From positions 1 to 43,422 of IMG/VR virus record IMGVR_UViG_3300011435_000023: DNA of 43,422 nucleotides; one strand, given 5' to 3'. Under the pieces are notes generated by a model. It was not told the DNA's origin. It did no database searches and worked only from the letters and a program-made list of their open reading frames with translations. The DNA comes from a virus (lineage: Duplodnaviria > Caudoviricetes). The stretch's first letter is position 1; every line of letters starts with the position of its first letter. Both the position numbers and the translations under genes were made by a program. Below are positions 17,267 to 27,917 of this stretch, piece after piece.

Positions 17267-20080
17267 ATGGCTCAAGAAGTGCTCATAGAATTTTTGGCGG
17301 ACTATTCAAGCCTCGACCGGGCAATTGATACCCTGGAGAAAACAGGACAGGTAGATGCCAAGGTTGCCCAATCCTTCAAAGCTACCAATGCCGAAATAAA
17401 TAAGCAGGCGCAATCCATTAAAAACACTGCTTCAGCGTTCAAGGGCCCTATTGAATCCATAGAACAGCTGGATAAAAAGACAAAGCAATTTGTAAAAGAT
17501 TTTGTTGACGGCTTTCAGGAAGGAATTAATGAAGAGCTTAAAAGGGCGAAACCTGAAATTGATGCATTCCGAAAAAGATTGGAAGAGGCTGGCAAGGGTG
17601 GTATAACGGTAACGCAGTCACTGAAACAGGAGCTACGTTTACTTACTGAACAAATTGCCAGGGTAAAAGCAACGGGCGGGCCGGTTGATCCTGCTATGCT
17701 GAAAAGAGCAGGTGAATTAAAAGACGCAATTTCCGATGCGAATGCAGAAATTAAAAATGCGGGAAGTGATACCCGGGGATTGGATAATGTTGTTGGTTCT
17801 ATTTCTGCTCTGGCAGGTGGATTCTCCGCAGTTCAGGGAGCCGTTGGATTATTCACAGAAGACAATGAAGAACTTCAAAAGGTTCTATTGAAAGTTAATA
17901 GTGCTATGGCCTTGGCGACCGGGATTCAACAGGTAGCAAATGCCGTTCAAAAGGAAGGTGCTCTTACAAAGCTGGCTGATGTTGTTGCTACCAACGCCCA
18001 AGTAGCCGTTCAAAGACTTTACACATTAGTAACTGGACAAAGCACAGCGGCAACAATAGGTTTTAAAATTGCTCTTGCAACTACCGGGGTAGGATTGTTG
18101 GTTGTTGGTATTCTGGCTTTAGTTACCGCTTTAAAATCTCAAAATGATGAACTTGAAGAGGCTAACACGTTACTGGAGCATGAAAAAAATATAATTGATG
18201 GTTTAAATGAGGTAATCGACAGAAGGGTAAGTATTGAGGAAGCGACAGCAAAAAAGGCCGGTGCCGCCGAAAGTGAATTGATCTCCATACGCGGAAAGGC
18301 TCTACTACAACAAAGGAACGCTCTTTTTGAATCAAATAAAATACTTGCCAAGCAAAGGGACGAATTGGAATCCGGAACTGAGGCATGGACGGAGTTAAAT
18401 AAACAGATAGATATTAATGCCAACAATCTCAAAGGGATAGATACTCAGCTTATTGTACAAAGCATAAACTTTGAAACACAATTAGCCGAGGAGAGGAAAC
18501 AGGCCGATGAAGAGAGATCAAAACGTCAAAAAGAAAATGCCGAAAAAGCTCTTCAATTAGCCCGGGAAGCCAGAGCCGCTGCCTTTGCTGATTTCAAAGC
18601 TGGTAAGGAGTTGGAAGTTTTGGCCGCAAAAGAAGGAAGTGAAGAGCAGCTTGCAGCCAGGAAAGAATTACTCCGGGCAGAATTAGCAGTTGGCCTTGAA
18701 AGCGAAAAACTCACCAATAACCAAAAGAAGGTTTTAATTCAGCAATTCTTTAAGGACCGTCTTCAACTGGAAAAGGATTTCAATCGGGCAAGGAATGATC
18801 AAATATTAAATGATATTGCCAGCGATCTTAACACAGAGCTGCAGCAAATAAATTTATCCAACGAACGGAAATTAGAACTCACGGAAAGCTTGTTGGATGT
18901 TCAGGCGGGACTGGAAATATCCGCTGCCAACGGGAATGCGGCAAAGATTCAGGAGATAAACGCTAAAAGAGACAGGGCTATTTTAGAGGCCCGAAAAGCA
19001 GCTATCCAACAGGCAGCTGACTTTGAAGCCAGTCTTTCTTTGGCTAATAACGGATCAGCACAGCGGGCATTACAACGTGTTTCTGATGATGAGAGAATGA
19101 AATTGGAAGTCAGGATAAATGCTATTGATCAGCTGGAGCAAATTGAACAGGAGGGTATAAATAAAAGGCTTCAAACAAATCAAAAATTATTTGATGCCGG
19201 GTTGATCAATGAACAAGAATTTACCCTCACAGAGGCGCAGCTTTTGGACCATCGGAATAAAGTTTGGGAGGATGCGGAGAATAAGCGACTTGGTATCACC
19301 GTAGCTAATAACGAAAAAATTAAGCAGAATAATATTAAAGCGGTTGAAGACACCATAGCCGTTCTTTCCGAGGTAACGAATGTTCTGGATAGCATATTCT
19401 CCCTTCAGGCGGAAAAAGAAAACCAACGTCTGGATGAGCAGAAAAGGAAACTAAAAGAATTACAGGACGCAGGAGCCATCACGGAGAAAGAAGCTATCAC
19501 CAGGCAAAAAAGAATAGATGCTGAGGAGAGAAAAATAAAAAATCAACAAGCTCAAAGAGATAAACAGATTGCAGTTTTCCAAGCCTTACTTGCTATCCCA
19601 TCAGCTATACTGCAGGGTTTAAGGACAGGCGGGCCGGTACTTGCGGCTATTTATGGAGCTTTAGCCGGAGCTCAGGCGGCTATTGTCATTGCCCGCCCTG
19701 TTCCTAAATTCTCAAAAGGTAAAAAAGATAATTATGAAGGCCCGGGTATCATGGGTGAAGCAGGACCGGAATTAATTCAACGTGCTGATGGATCCATGCA
19801 TGTAGCCACTAAGCCAACATTGGTTTATGTGGGCAGTAAGGATAAGATTTTCACACATGCTGAAACAAAGAACATGATCCCGCATGTGGACAGGTCATTA
19901 ATGCGAGCCAGTAAGAATCAGGAGATGGATTACAATAAATTATCCGCAGCGATAATTAAAGGATTTGTTCCGGCGCCAGGAACACAAATCAATATAGACA
20001 AGGATTTTATAAGCGAGTCTGTTTATAACGGGCTGATGAAGGTTAATTATTTTGATAAAACCTATTCTTTTAAAAGATGA
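17267..20080 (+). CDS. Tape measure protein
   Basis: Long Ala/Glu/Lys/Gln-rich helical protein with hydrophobic patches and a C-terminal GEAGPE motif. Confidence 0.85.
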   Translation: MAQEVLIEFLADYSSLDRAIDTLEKTGQVDAKVAQSFKATNAEINKQAQSIKNTASAFKGPIESIEQLDKKTKQFVKDFVDGFQEGINEELKRAKPEIDAFRKRLEEAGKGGITVTQSLKQELRLLTEQIARVKATGGPVDPAMLKRAGELKDAISDANAEIKNAGSDTRGLDNVVGSISALAGGFSAVQGAVGLFTEDNEELQKVLLKVNSAMALATGIQQVANAVQKEGALTKLADVVATNAQVAVQRLYTLVTGQSTAATIGFKIALATTGVGLLVVGILALVTALKSQNDELEEANTLLEHEKNIIDGLNEVIDRRVSIEEATAKKAGAAESELISIRGKALLQQRNALFESNKILAKQRDELESGTEAWTELNKQIDINANNLKGIDTQLIVQSINFETQLAEERKQADEERSKRQKENAEKALQLAREARAAAFADFKAGKELEVLAAKEGSEEQLAARKELLRAELAVGLESEKLTNNQKKVLIQQFFKDRLQLEKDFNRARNDQILNDIASDLNTELQQINLSNERKLELTESLLDVQAGLEISAANGNAAKIQEINAKRDRAILEARKAAIQQAADFEASLSLANNGSAQRALQRVSDDERMKLEVRINAIDQLEQIEQEGINKRLQTNQKLFDAGLINEQEFTLTEAQLLDHRNKVWEDAENKRLGITVANNEKIKQNNIKAVEDTIAVLSEVTNVLDSIFSLQAEKENQRLDEQKRKLKELQDAGAITEKEAITRQKRIDAEERKIKNQQAQRDKQIAVFQALLAIPSAILQGLRTGGPVLAAIYGALAGAQAAIVIARPVPKFSKGKKDNYEGPGIMGEAGPELIQRADGSMHVATKPTLVYVGSKDKIFTHAETKNMIPHVDRSLMRASKNQEMDYNKLSAAIIKGFVPAPGTQINIDKDFISESVYNGLMKVNYFDKTYSFKR

Positions 20081-22251
20081 TTGATTGGACTTTTTTCTTG
20101 GATGATACAGAAGTTGATGAGCCGATTGGCTTTTCGGATGTGGTTATCCGTGCCAAACGTGATGACTTGATGCATGGAATATTCTTTGAAGCGAGTACAT
20201 CGGACCTTAGTTTTTATGGCACGGCCGCGGCTTACCTGGTTGATAAAAAAGAAACACTGGGATTTGCTTCTGATGTCACATTTAGAGCTGTAGCAACCTG
20301 CGGGCAGGAGAATGACATCCTTACAGGGAAATTGGATTTCAGGAAGTATAAAAGATCATGTGGTAATGAATGTCTTGTCTCTATTCCTGTAGAAATGGAA
20401 GGGTGTACAATGACTTTAAGAAACAGGTACGATCAAAAGGTTGATTTAAGTAAGACACTTGCTTTTGATGGAACTACTGTCCTCCCCTCCTACGGCGGGT
20501 TAAATTTTGAAATGGAGCTTGCCGCCCAGCATATTCCCGTAAGCCTTAACGGATCTGTAACGGACGACACTAATGATATAGAATATGCAGACCTGACAGC
20601 TGTTGATATTTTCGCTATGGCTATTCGCCCAACCTACAATAATGAAATTGATAACAGCATTCCAACGGGCCAATTAATCCCGGCTAATAATTACACACAA
20701 ACGTCCGACGACTTTCCTTTCCTTCCTATGAGCCCACAGCTTTTGGTTGAATATAATCCTATTTGCTTTGATGGAAATTTCGATATGGCATTCAGAATGA
20801 AAGGACGATTGAGAATAAATACCGATGTCACCGGGTTAAACATTTTGGGAATGGTTGCTACGTGGGATGGAGAGGGAGGTGATATATTCAGCTCGACAAG
20901 CTTTCTTGTAATTAATTCACAGACGCTTGGAGGAGCGGAAAACTATATTGCCGATACAGTTATTGAATTTGATTATATATTCAGCACTTCCCAGGTCTTA
21001 GCGTTTGGACTTGGGCTGTATAATTTCGTTCAGGTATCAGGGTTTGACTCTGTTTCAGATACACCTACTGTTCATATTGAATTTGACCCCGAGACGAATG
21101 TTTTAATTGAGGCGGTTAGAGTTTGTCCCGATTCGGACGCCGTTGTTTCTCTCATTCATGAAACAGCGTCAAGGATAACAGAAGCTATTACGGATCGTTG
21201 TTTAACGGTTAAATCTGACTACTACGGACGGACCGATTCAGAACCTTATGCCGCTGCTGAGGATGGCTGCGGTTCATTGAGGGTGCTTTCTTCTGGGTTA
21301 AGATTAAGGAATGCAGAGAATCCAGTTCATTTCATGAGTCTTAAAGATTTGTTCGAAGGCCTGAATCCAATTGACAACATAGGAATGGGGGTTGAAGGCG
21401 ATCAGTTAAGGATTGAACCGGTTGAATATTTTTACCAGGATACAGAAATAATGTCCATGCCGTTTGTGCCGAAAGCTCAATATTCAGCCGATGACACTGA
21501 GGCATATTCGATTATTAAAATAGGGTACAAGAAATGGGAGACCGAGGGCGCAAAAGGATTGGATGAATTCAACTCAAATAAAGAATTTCGGACATCGCTT
21601 AAAAGTATTTCTAATCCAATTGACTTAACAAGTGCTTTTATGGCCGGCGGTTATCCTATCGAGCAAATACGACAGCAGTCATTTGCTGAGTCGGGCGGAG
21701 CGGATACAAAGTACGACAATGATACTTTTATCATTTGCGTGGTGAGAGGTGGATATAATTACCAGGTGGAGCAAGGCAATATTGATAATGGTGCAAACCT
21801 ATTCTCTCCTGCTACTGCTTATAATTGGAGGATAAGGCCATTTTACAATTTAATGCGGTGGTGGAAATCGTTAGCACAGTCTTACGCTAACATATCAAAC
21901 ACAACGAGTAAGATAATATTTTCATCTGGTACAGGAAATTTGGAAGCAGAGGGCGAGCTTCCATTAGGTGACGCGTGCAAACTTGAAGCTTTGGTCAGGG
22001 CCGAAAATGATGATCTTTTAAGGAGTCATTTTGCAGATCCTCCCTATCCCCTTTGGAAGCCTGATAATATTCAGTTCACTTACCCGATGTCATTAAGGGA
22101 TTTCAATTTAATAAAGGCTAATCCTTACGGATATATTTCTGTGCAGTGTGGAACGGGAGATTACATAAAAGCATTTATCACTAATCTGCTTTACAAACCA
22201 GTGAAAGGTGAGGCGGATTTAACACTACGATTAAAATGGGATATTCTATAA
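20077..22251 (+). CDS. Tail tip/hub protein
   Basis: 724-aa acidic beta-rich protein directly after TMP. Confidence 0.65.
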   Translation: MIDWTFFLDDTEVDEPIGFSDVVIRAKRDDLMHGIFFEASTSDLSFYGTAAAYLVDKKETLGFASDVTFRAVATCGQENDILTGKLDFRKYKRSCGNECLVSIPVEMEGCTMTLRNRYDQKVDLSKTLAFDGTTVLPSYGGLNFEMELAAQHIPVSLNGSVTDDTNDIEYADLTAVDIFAMAIRPTYNNEIDNSIPTGQLIPANNYTQTSDDFPFLPMSPQLLVEYNPICFDGNFDMAFRMKGRLRINTDVTGLNILGMVATWDGEGGDIFSSTSFLVINSQTLGGAENYIADTVIEFDYIFSTSQVLAFGLGLYNFVQVSGFDSVSDTPTVHIEFDPETNVLIEAVRVCPDSDAVVSLIHETASRITEAITDRCLTVKSDYYGRTDSEPYAAAEDGCGSLRVLSSGLRLRNAENPVHFMSLKDLFEGLNPIDNIGMGVEGDQLRIEPVEYFYQDTEIMSMPFVPKAQYSADDTEAYSIIKIGYKKWETEGAKGLDEFNSNKEFRTSLKSISNPIDLTSAFMAGGYPIEQIRQQSFAESGGADTKYDNDTFIICVVRGGYNYQVEQGNIDNGANLFSPATAYNWRIRPFYNLMRWWKSLAQSYANISNTTSKIIFSSGTGNLEAEGELPLGDACKLEALVRAENDDLLRSHFADPPYPLWKPDNIQFTYPMSLRDFNLIKANPYGYISVQCGTGDYIKAFITNLLYKPVKGEADLTLRLKWDIL

Positions 22252-22979
22252 TTACGCCCACTAATTCTTTCGTGCGCTTTGACGGCGAAGCACCGGAGAC
22301 TCATTGTATTCATGGAGAGTTTAAAGACTGCCTTCCTGTTTACGCTGAATCGGATGTCGCCTATCAATTTGTTGTGCAGGCTGATACTATTGAGGAAGCG
22401 GACGCACTTTGCCAACCGGGAGCCAGTGGAATTCAAATGGGGATGGTTGCCGATTGCGATCAGGAGGATTTTGATATATTATTTGACGAACAGCCTGAGA
22501 GATATAGAATAAGTGATTTTCAGGTTCTCTATAATTGGACGCACGGACTTACCGGAATGCTAGGATTTTACAATGAAGGAGAGTGTTTTTTTATCCGCGT
22601 GGTAATTGACGAAGTAAACTATTGCTCGAATTGTTTTCAGAGGATCCCCGATGATTGCTTTACGTCTGTTGTTGAGTTTGGTAACGATGAAAACTTTGCT
22701 GGTTATAATTATTGTAACGCTGGTCAGGCAACGGTAGATGATTCATTGGTTTGCGACCCAACGATAGTAGAATTCGTGAACCAGGAGACGTTAAATATTC
22801 CATATACAGCTTTCCTGCAGGCGCAGTACGGAACTGTGCCTACTGTTCAGGTATGGATATATGACGGATCAGGAGCACTGGTAAATATGGGAATTACAGC
22901 AACATTTGACGCTATGCCACCGACGATGATAAGTTTTGACTTCGGCGGAACTGCTTCAGGTGTGATAGTTATAAGATAA
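22236..22979 (+). CDS. Minor tail protein (Cys-rich)
   Basis: Position; C-terminal shared domain. Confidence 0.6.
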   Translation: MGYSIITPTNSFVRFDGEAPETHCIHGEFKDCLPVYAESDVAYQFVVQADTIEEADALCQPGASGIQMGMVADCDQEDFDILFDEQPERYRISDFQVLYNWTHGLTGMLGFYNEGECFFIRVVIDEVNYCSNCFQRIPDDCFTSVVEFGNDENFAGYNYCNAGQATVDDSLVCDPTIVEFVNQETLNIPYTAFLQAQYGTVPTVQVWIYDGSGALVNMGITATFDAMPPTMISFDFGGTASGVIVIR

Positions 22980-22989
22980 ATTAAATAAG

Positions 22990-24141
22990 ATGCCTTTTAA
23001 AAACAGAATACGACTTCCCTTATACATTAAAACCCCGCAGTTCCCAACGGAGGCAAACAGGTTCCGTTTGGCTAATGGAAGTACAAAGACTTTATCTGTG
23101 GTGATCAGGAAGACATTTAACCTGGTTACCGATTACATGCCCGCGCGGATGCATCAAAGATTAAGTATTGCCTTAAACCATGACGAAGTAAATATAGAAG
23201 GTGATCGCTACGTTGGCGGAGTTGCAGTAGACGGAGAATACAAAATTGAATGGCCTGACTTTTTAGACTATCCCCTTGGTCAGGCGGAGGTTCAAATACA
23301 GGTAACTCCTTTTGCTGCGACGAATGATAATTGTCAAACCTGCGAAGAGGTAAGCCAGCTTGAGACCGTGGATGATACTATACCTGACCCTTTGGAGGAG
23401 GGGCAAACCGTGACAATTAATGTTTTTGAAAACGATACTATATGTTGTTTCCCCGCTACGTCGGAAATCGTTTATTTCAATCCCACTTACGTAGACTCAG
23501 CGACAATTGACGAGGAAACAGGCGAAGTTGAAATAATTCTCAAAACTCCTCTCCCTTCAGCTGAGCTAGTTACGCTTGCAACATACCGGGTTACGTGTCC
23601 GAATGGAGCGTACGATGAAGCCGACATCAAAGGAACGGTAGTAGGAACGGAACCAACCTGCGAAGCAGCAGGCGAGCCGGTTTATGAAAATATTGAAGCA
23701 GGTGAAGATGAAATAACATGGACGGGAAGCGGAGACTTTGAATGGGAGCTTTACACATGCGATAATTTAGGCACACCAATTCAAACAGGTACTACATCAG
23801 GAAATTCAGTGATATTTAATGACCTGGCTCCAGGAGCGTGCTATGTCTTTTCCATAAGGAAGGACTGCGGCGGTGGCTCGTTTAGTGATTGGACAAGTGT
23901 AGAATTTACAGTTCCGGTTCCTCCAGAAGTAACAGTGTGCGGAAAGTTTCTTTTGAATCATACACAATGGCCGGATGTTCCAAGTGATACTGTTAACTAC
24001 ATGGATTGTAATGGAGTGTTGCAGTTTACTGTAGTGGTAAATTTTAAGGAGTTGTGTATGTTAACTGATGAATCAAATACGCCGATCTATTTTGAATCGG
24101 CAAGTGGATTTACAATATATAATTACGTCGAACCATGTTAA
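22990..24141 (+). CDS. Minor tail protein with Ig/FN3-like domains
   Basis: VDD...INVFEND Ig-like motif and ITW...L.PG..Y.F.IR..C...SDW FN3-like motif. Confidence 0.65.
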   Translation: MPFKNRIRLPLYIKTPQFPTEANRFRLANGSTKTLSVVIRKTFNLVTDYMPARMHQRLSIALNHDEVNIEGDRYVGGVAVDGEYKIEWPDFLDYPLGQAEVQIQVTPFAATNDNCQTCEEVSQLETVDDTIPDPLEEGQTVTINVFENDTICCFPATSEIVYFNPTYVDSATIDEETGEVEIILKTPLPSAELVTLATYRVTCPNGAYDEADIKGTVVGTEPTCEAAGEPVYENIEAGEDEITWTGSGDFEWELYTCDNLGTPIQTGTTSGNSVIFNDLAPGACYVFSIRKDCGGGSFSDWTSVEFTVPVPPEVTVCGKFLLNHTQWPDVPSDTVNYMDCNGVLQFTVVVNFKELCMLTDESNTPIYFESASGFTIYNYVEPC

Positions 24142-24983
24142 ACGGAATAGTCATAATAGCAACAGGAGCTCCTTTTTACGGACGAATGGCATATAATCTG
24201 GCAGTTACTATAAAATCAACTGAAGATATCCCTGTCGCTGTTTTGTATAATGGATCAGGATTAAATCACCTGAGCCAAAAGCAGCGAGATATATTTGATT
24301 CCATTGTTGAAATAGAAACAAATTCATTTGCAGCAAAATTGTGTTTATATGATCACTCCCCTTACCAGCACACATTGTACCTGGATGCAGATATGGCATG
24401 GTTACCATACAGGAAGCCTTCACAGCTATTTTCTGAGCTTCAAAATGTCGATTTTACCAGCATAACGGAAGGATATTTTGATTATGAAACAGGGGATGAT
24501 AAGGGTAATTTAATGTACCATTATTGGTGTGATGTAGGTGAAGCAAAAGAAAAATATAAACTGTCAGGAAAATACTACCAGTGGCGAAGCGAAGTTATTT
24601 ATTTCAAAAAAGGAGCTATTTCAAAGAAATTATTTGAGGAAGCTAAAAAGATTTACGCCAAGCCGAAAGTTGACGCTAGGAAATTTGCTGGGCATATTCC
24701 CGATGAATTAGCTATTAATATAGCGGCGTGTAAACTGGGTATTGAACCGCATCAGTTTAGATGGTTGCCAGCTTATTGGCACCGACTTCATGGTGAAGGA
24801 AAGGGTTTGGCTGACATAGCGAGAAATTATTACTTACTGTCCGTTGGAGGAAATTATGCCAGCGGAACGATGAAAGACTGTTATAATAGAGTTTGCAAGG
24901 CAGCTCACAACAAATTAAAGCTGCAATACCTGTTCACGTTACAATCAAAAAAGGCGGTATTGCCGGAAAGAATTAAAATGTAA
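24135..24983 (+). CDS. GT-A fold glycosyltransferase (GT8-like)
   Basis: K...SPY..TLYLDAD (DxD) and PDE.A motifs. Confidence 0.75.
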   Translation: MLNGIVIIATGAPFYGRMAYNLAVTIKSTEDIPVAVLYNGSGLNHLSQKQRDIFDSIVEIETNSFAAKLCLYDHSPYQHTLYLDADMAWLPYRKPSQLFSELQNVDFTSITEGYFDYETGDDKGNLMYHYWCDVGEAKEKYKLSGKYYQWRSEVIYFKKGAISKKLFEEAKKIYAKPKVDARKFAGHIPDELAINIAACKLGIEPHQFRWLPAYWHRLHGEGKGLADIARNYYLLSVGGNYASGTMKDCYNRVCKAAHNKLKLQYLFTLQSKKAVLPERIKM

Positions 24984-24986
24984 AAA

Positions 24987-26759
24987 ATGCCAAAGTTAGA
25001 ATTTACAGCACAGGAGCTAAAAGGATACTTCACTGATGATGTCAGCCAAAGGCATTGTTATTATGAAGATTCAGTAAAACAAGCGGAGGCAATGGCTGTT
25101 CATGCTGACGGCTCATATCCTTGCAAATTATTAGATGAAAGACGGCCAAACGAACCGGAGGAAGTTCTTTGTTATCGTAAGACGATTTTCATCCCGAAAA
25201 CAAAACCTTACTTCTCGAAGATACTTGCCAGCTTATCTAAAATAAGGAGATCTTCGGATTGGTCTATTCGCTACGAAGGTGACTTCCCGAAAATTCCAGA
25301 TGGAGAGACATTGGAAGATTATTGCGAATGGAACTTCCCCAAATTCACCAGTATTACCAATTGGATGTATTCGGTATGGTTGAAAAAGTACCTGGTGGAT
25401 CCAAATTCCGTAGTCTTTCTTTATCCAGAGCTTGTCACGAAAGAAAATGAGTTTTTAAAACCATTCCCGTATATTTTTGATTCATGCCATGTCGTTGATT
25501 ATTTGGACAATGATTTTGCCATCCTGGTTAATCCGCAAGGGTGTACTTATTCAACTTCAAGGGGGGAGTTTTCCGGAAAATCTTTCTTCGTTGTTACTAC
25601 TGAAAGAATTCAGAGATATGATCAGACGGACGGGCGAGGTAATTTTACACTTGCTTTAGACTACGAACATGGGTTGGAGTACTTGCCTGTTTATAAAATA
25701 GGGGCCATAGTCAACTGCTCTGAAGGCGATCGTTATTTATATGAAAGCCGTATTTCGGGGGTTATTCCTGAATTTGATGAAGCGATAAGGGAATATTCAG
25801 ATTTGCAGGCAGCAAAAGTCTTACACATCTATCCAGAGCGATGGGAATACACTCAACATGAGTGCTCCGAGTGTAAAGGAACCGGCAAAAGGAGAAATCC
25901 CGCATGGTTTGTGGGGTGTGATGCATCAGTTCAATGCGATGTGGAATGTGATAATAAAAGTTGTTACAAGGGATATGTCGCTGCGGGCCCCTATTCTAAA
26001 ATAATGGTTCGTCCTAATCTTGCTATTGAGGGACAGGGCAATATCCCTACTCCCCCTGCTGGATTTGTAGAAAAGGATGTTGAAATAGTCAAGGTCCAGG
26101 AGGATAGCATCGATAAGCATATTCACAATGCTCTTGCCTCTATAAATTTTGAGTTTTTAATGATCACTCCTTTGAATCAATCAGGAATGGCGAAGGAGGT
26201 CGATAAAGATGAACTGAATAATACGGTCCATTCCATTGCGGAGGACATGGTAAGAAATATGGACTGGCTGTACTGGACCATTGCCAAATACAGGTATAAG
26301 CTTCAGTACGGTGATGAAGATATTAATAACATGGTGCCGACAGTTTCAGTGCCGGAAAAATATGACATTCTTTCATCTGCTCACCTGGAAGCTCAATTAA
26401 GTTCAGCAAAAACAAATAATAGCAATGCTGTTATTATAAATGCGTTGGAAGTTGAATACGCAAACAAGGCGTTTAATAGTGATCCTGAAGTAAGAAATAG
26501 GGTTGAGCTTGTTTTAAACCTTGACCCGTTAGCTAATATATCTGAGGATGACAAAATGAGCCGGTTGAGTAATAAAGGAATTACCCAGATATCTTATATT
26601 ATCAGCTCAAATATTCATGAATTCGTACAAAGGGCTTTGGATGAGGATAAGAATTTTGCTGATAAAAAACTGAGTGATCAGAAACAAAAAATGAATGAGT
26701 ACGCAAAGGAACTGGAATCTGAAAATCAAATGCAAATAGATGACGGAGGTCTTGAATAA
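24987..26759 (+). CDS. Portal protein with an inserted zinc-finger-like segment
   Basis: Size, HGL...PV, QSGMAKEVD; followed by a MuF-like gene. Confidence 0.8.
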   Translation: MPKLEFTAQELKGYFTDDVSQRHCYYEDSVKQAEAMAVHADGSYPCKLLDERRPNEPEEVLCYRKTIFIPKTKPYFSKILASLSKIRRSSDWSIRYEGDFPKIPDGETLEDYCEWNFPKFTSITNWMYSVWLKKYLVDPNSVVFLYPELVTKENEFLKPFPYIFDSCHVVDYLDNDFAILVNPQGCTYSTSRGEFSGKSFFVVTTERIQRYDQTDGRGNFTLALDYEHGLEYLPVYKIGAIVNCSEGDRYLYESRISGVIPEFDEAIREYSDLQAAKVLHIYPERWEYTQHECSECKGTGKRRNPAWFVGCDASVQCDVECDNKSCYKGYVAAGPYSKIMVRPNLAIEGQGNIPTPPAGFVEKDVEIVKVQEDSIDKHIHNALASINFEFLMITPLNQSGMAKEVDKDELNNTVHSIAEDMVRNMDWLYWTIAKYRYKLQYGDEDINNMVPTVSVPEKYDILSSAHLEAQLSSAKTNNSNAVIINALEVEYANKAFNSDPEVRNRVELVLNLDPLANISEDDKMSRLSNKGITQISYIISSNIHEFVQRALDEDKNFADKKLSDQKQKMNEYAKELESENQMQIDDGGLE

Positions 26760-27681
26760 AATAACTCAGGCGATCAAGAAGTTCAACCGATCGATACCGG
26801 CGAGCCAGCGGTCAATGTATGATGCGATAGTTGAAGATGTAAACAGGCTTGAGCTTTATTCCGATGGCAAAATAAGGCCAACGGTTAAAAACCTGTCTAT
26901 TCTTTCCTCTATTAAATCAAAGATCAATAGAATTGTCCTTACTGATGAATACAAGCAAGAGGTCAGGGAATTCGCCAAAGCTTTTAACCAAGTTACCGCT
27001 TTACAAAACGAGTACTGGAAAGGTCTGGAAAGCACGTTTAAGCCGCGTCCTTTATTAAAAGAAATCAGAAAACAAGCTATTACCGATGTTGTAGGAAAAT
27101 TAACTGAATCTGGTATTGGGGCTAATGTTTCTGACAGGATAATTGATATTTTAAGGACAAATATCACAGCAGGCGGTTCTTACAAACAACTCACCGCACA
27201 GTTAAGGGACGGGCTATTAAATACTGAGCAAAAGGGGTATTTGGATAAGTACGCCAAACAGGTAACGGTTGACTCACTGAATCAATACAATTCACAGTAC
27301 ACGCAGATCGTCAGTAGTGATTTGGGCTATACGTGGTTTAAATACGACAATACGGATATCGATACGACTCGCCCTTTTTGTGACGCAATGACCGATCAGC
27401 CATACTTTCATATTTCTGAGGTTCCTAGGCTACTGCGGGCGGAGGGTCTATATTATTTTAAGGATGGAGTAAAAACAAAAGTTCCTCTTTATGATAAGAC
27501 TGGATTGCCACATGGAATGATCCCGGGAACTAATCCTGATAACTTTTTTATTCGTCGTGGCGGCTATCAATGCGGGCACCAAATTCGCCCGGTTGCCGAA
27601 AGACAGGTGCCTTTGGAAGTAAGGGAAAGAGTATTTGCAACACCTGAATACCAACGATGGGTTAATATAAATGCTAAGTAA
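26740..27681 (+). CDS. MuF / SPP1 gp7-like minor head protein
   Basis: TRPFC...RGGYQCGH motif; follows the portal. Confidence 0.75.
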   Translation: MTEVLNKITQAIKKFNRSIPASQRSMYDAIVEDVNRLELYSDGKIRPTVKNLSILSSIKSKINRIVLTDEYKQEVREFAKAFNQVTALQNEYWKGLESTFKPRPLLKEIRKQAITDVVGKLTESGIGANVSDRIIDILRTNITAGGSYKQLTAQLRDGLLNTEQKGYLDKYAKQVTVDSLNQYNSQYTQIVSSDLGYTWFKYDNTDIDTTRPFCDAMTDQPYFHISEVPRLLRAEGLYYFKDGVKTKVPLYDKTGLPHGMIPGTNPDNFFIRRGGYQCGHQIRPVAERQVPLEVRERVFATPEYQRWVNINAK

Positions 27682-27686
27682 GCTTT

Positions 27687-27917
27687 TTAAAACATAATTT
27701 TCGTTGTAGGCAACTCACACCATTTTACAACAGTTCCGGTCATTTCTGAATCTTGCAGCTGTTCAAATTCTTCGTTTTCATAATTAGCGAATCCCCAATC
27801 GTGGCCGATAAATTTACCGGCAGATTCAATTTTGAAGATAGCGAATTTTAGTCCGTCTTCTTTAGGCAGGTCATCAGCTGTTCTAAAGTCCAACACTAAT
27901 TTTGATATAGTCGCCAT
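27687..27917 (-). CDS. Hypothetical protein (DUF551-like ending)
   Basis: DDLP...VVKWCELP. Confidence 0.55.
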   Translation of the reverse strand: MATISKLVLDFRTADDLPKEDGLKFAIFKIESAGKFIGHDWGFANYENEEFEQLQDSEMTGTVVKWCELPTTKIMF

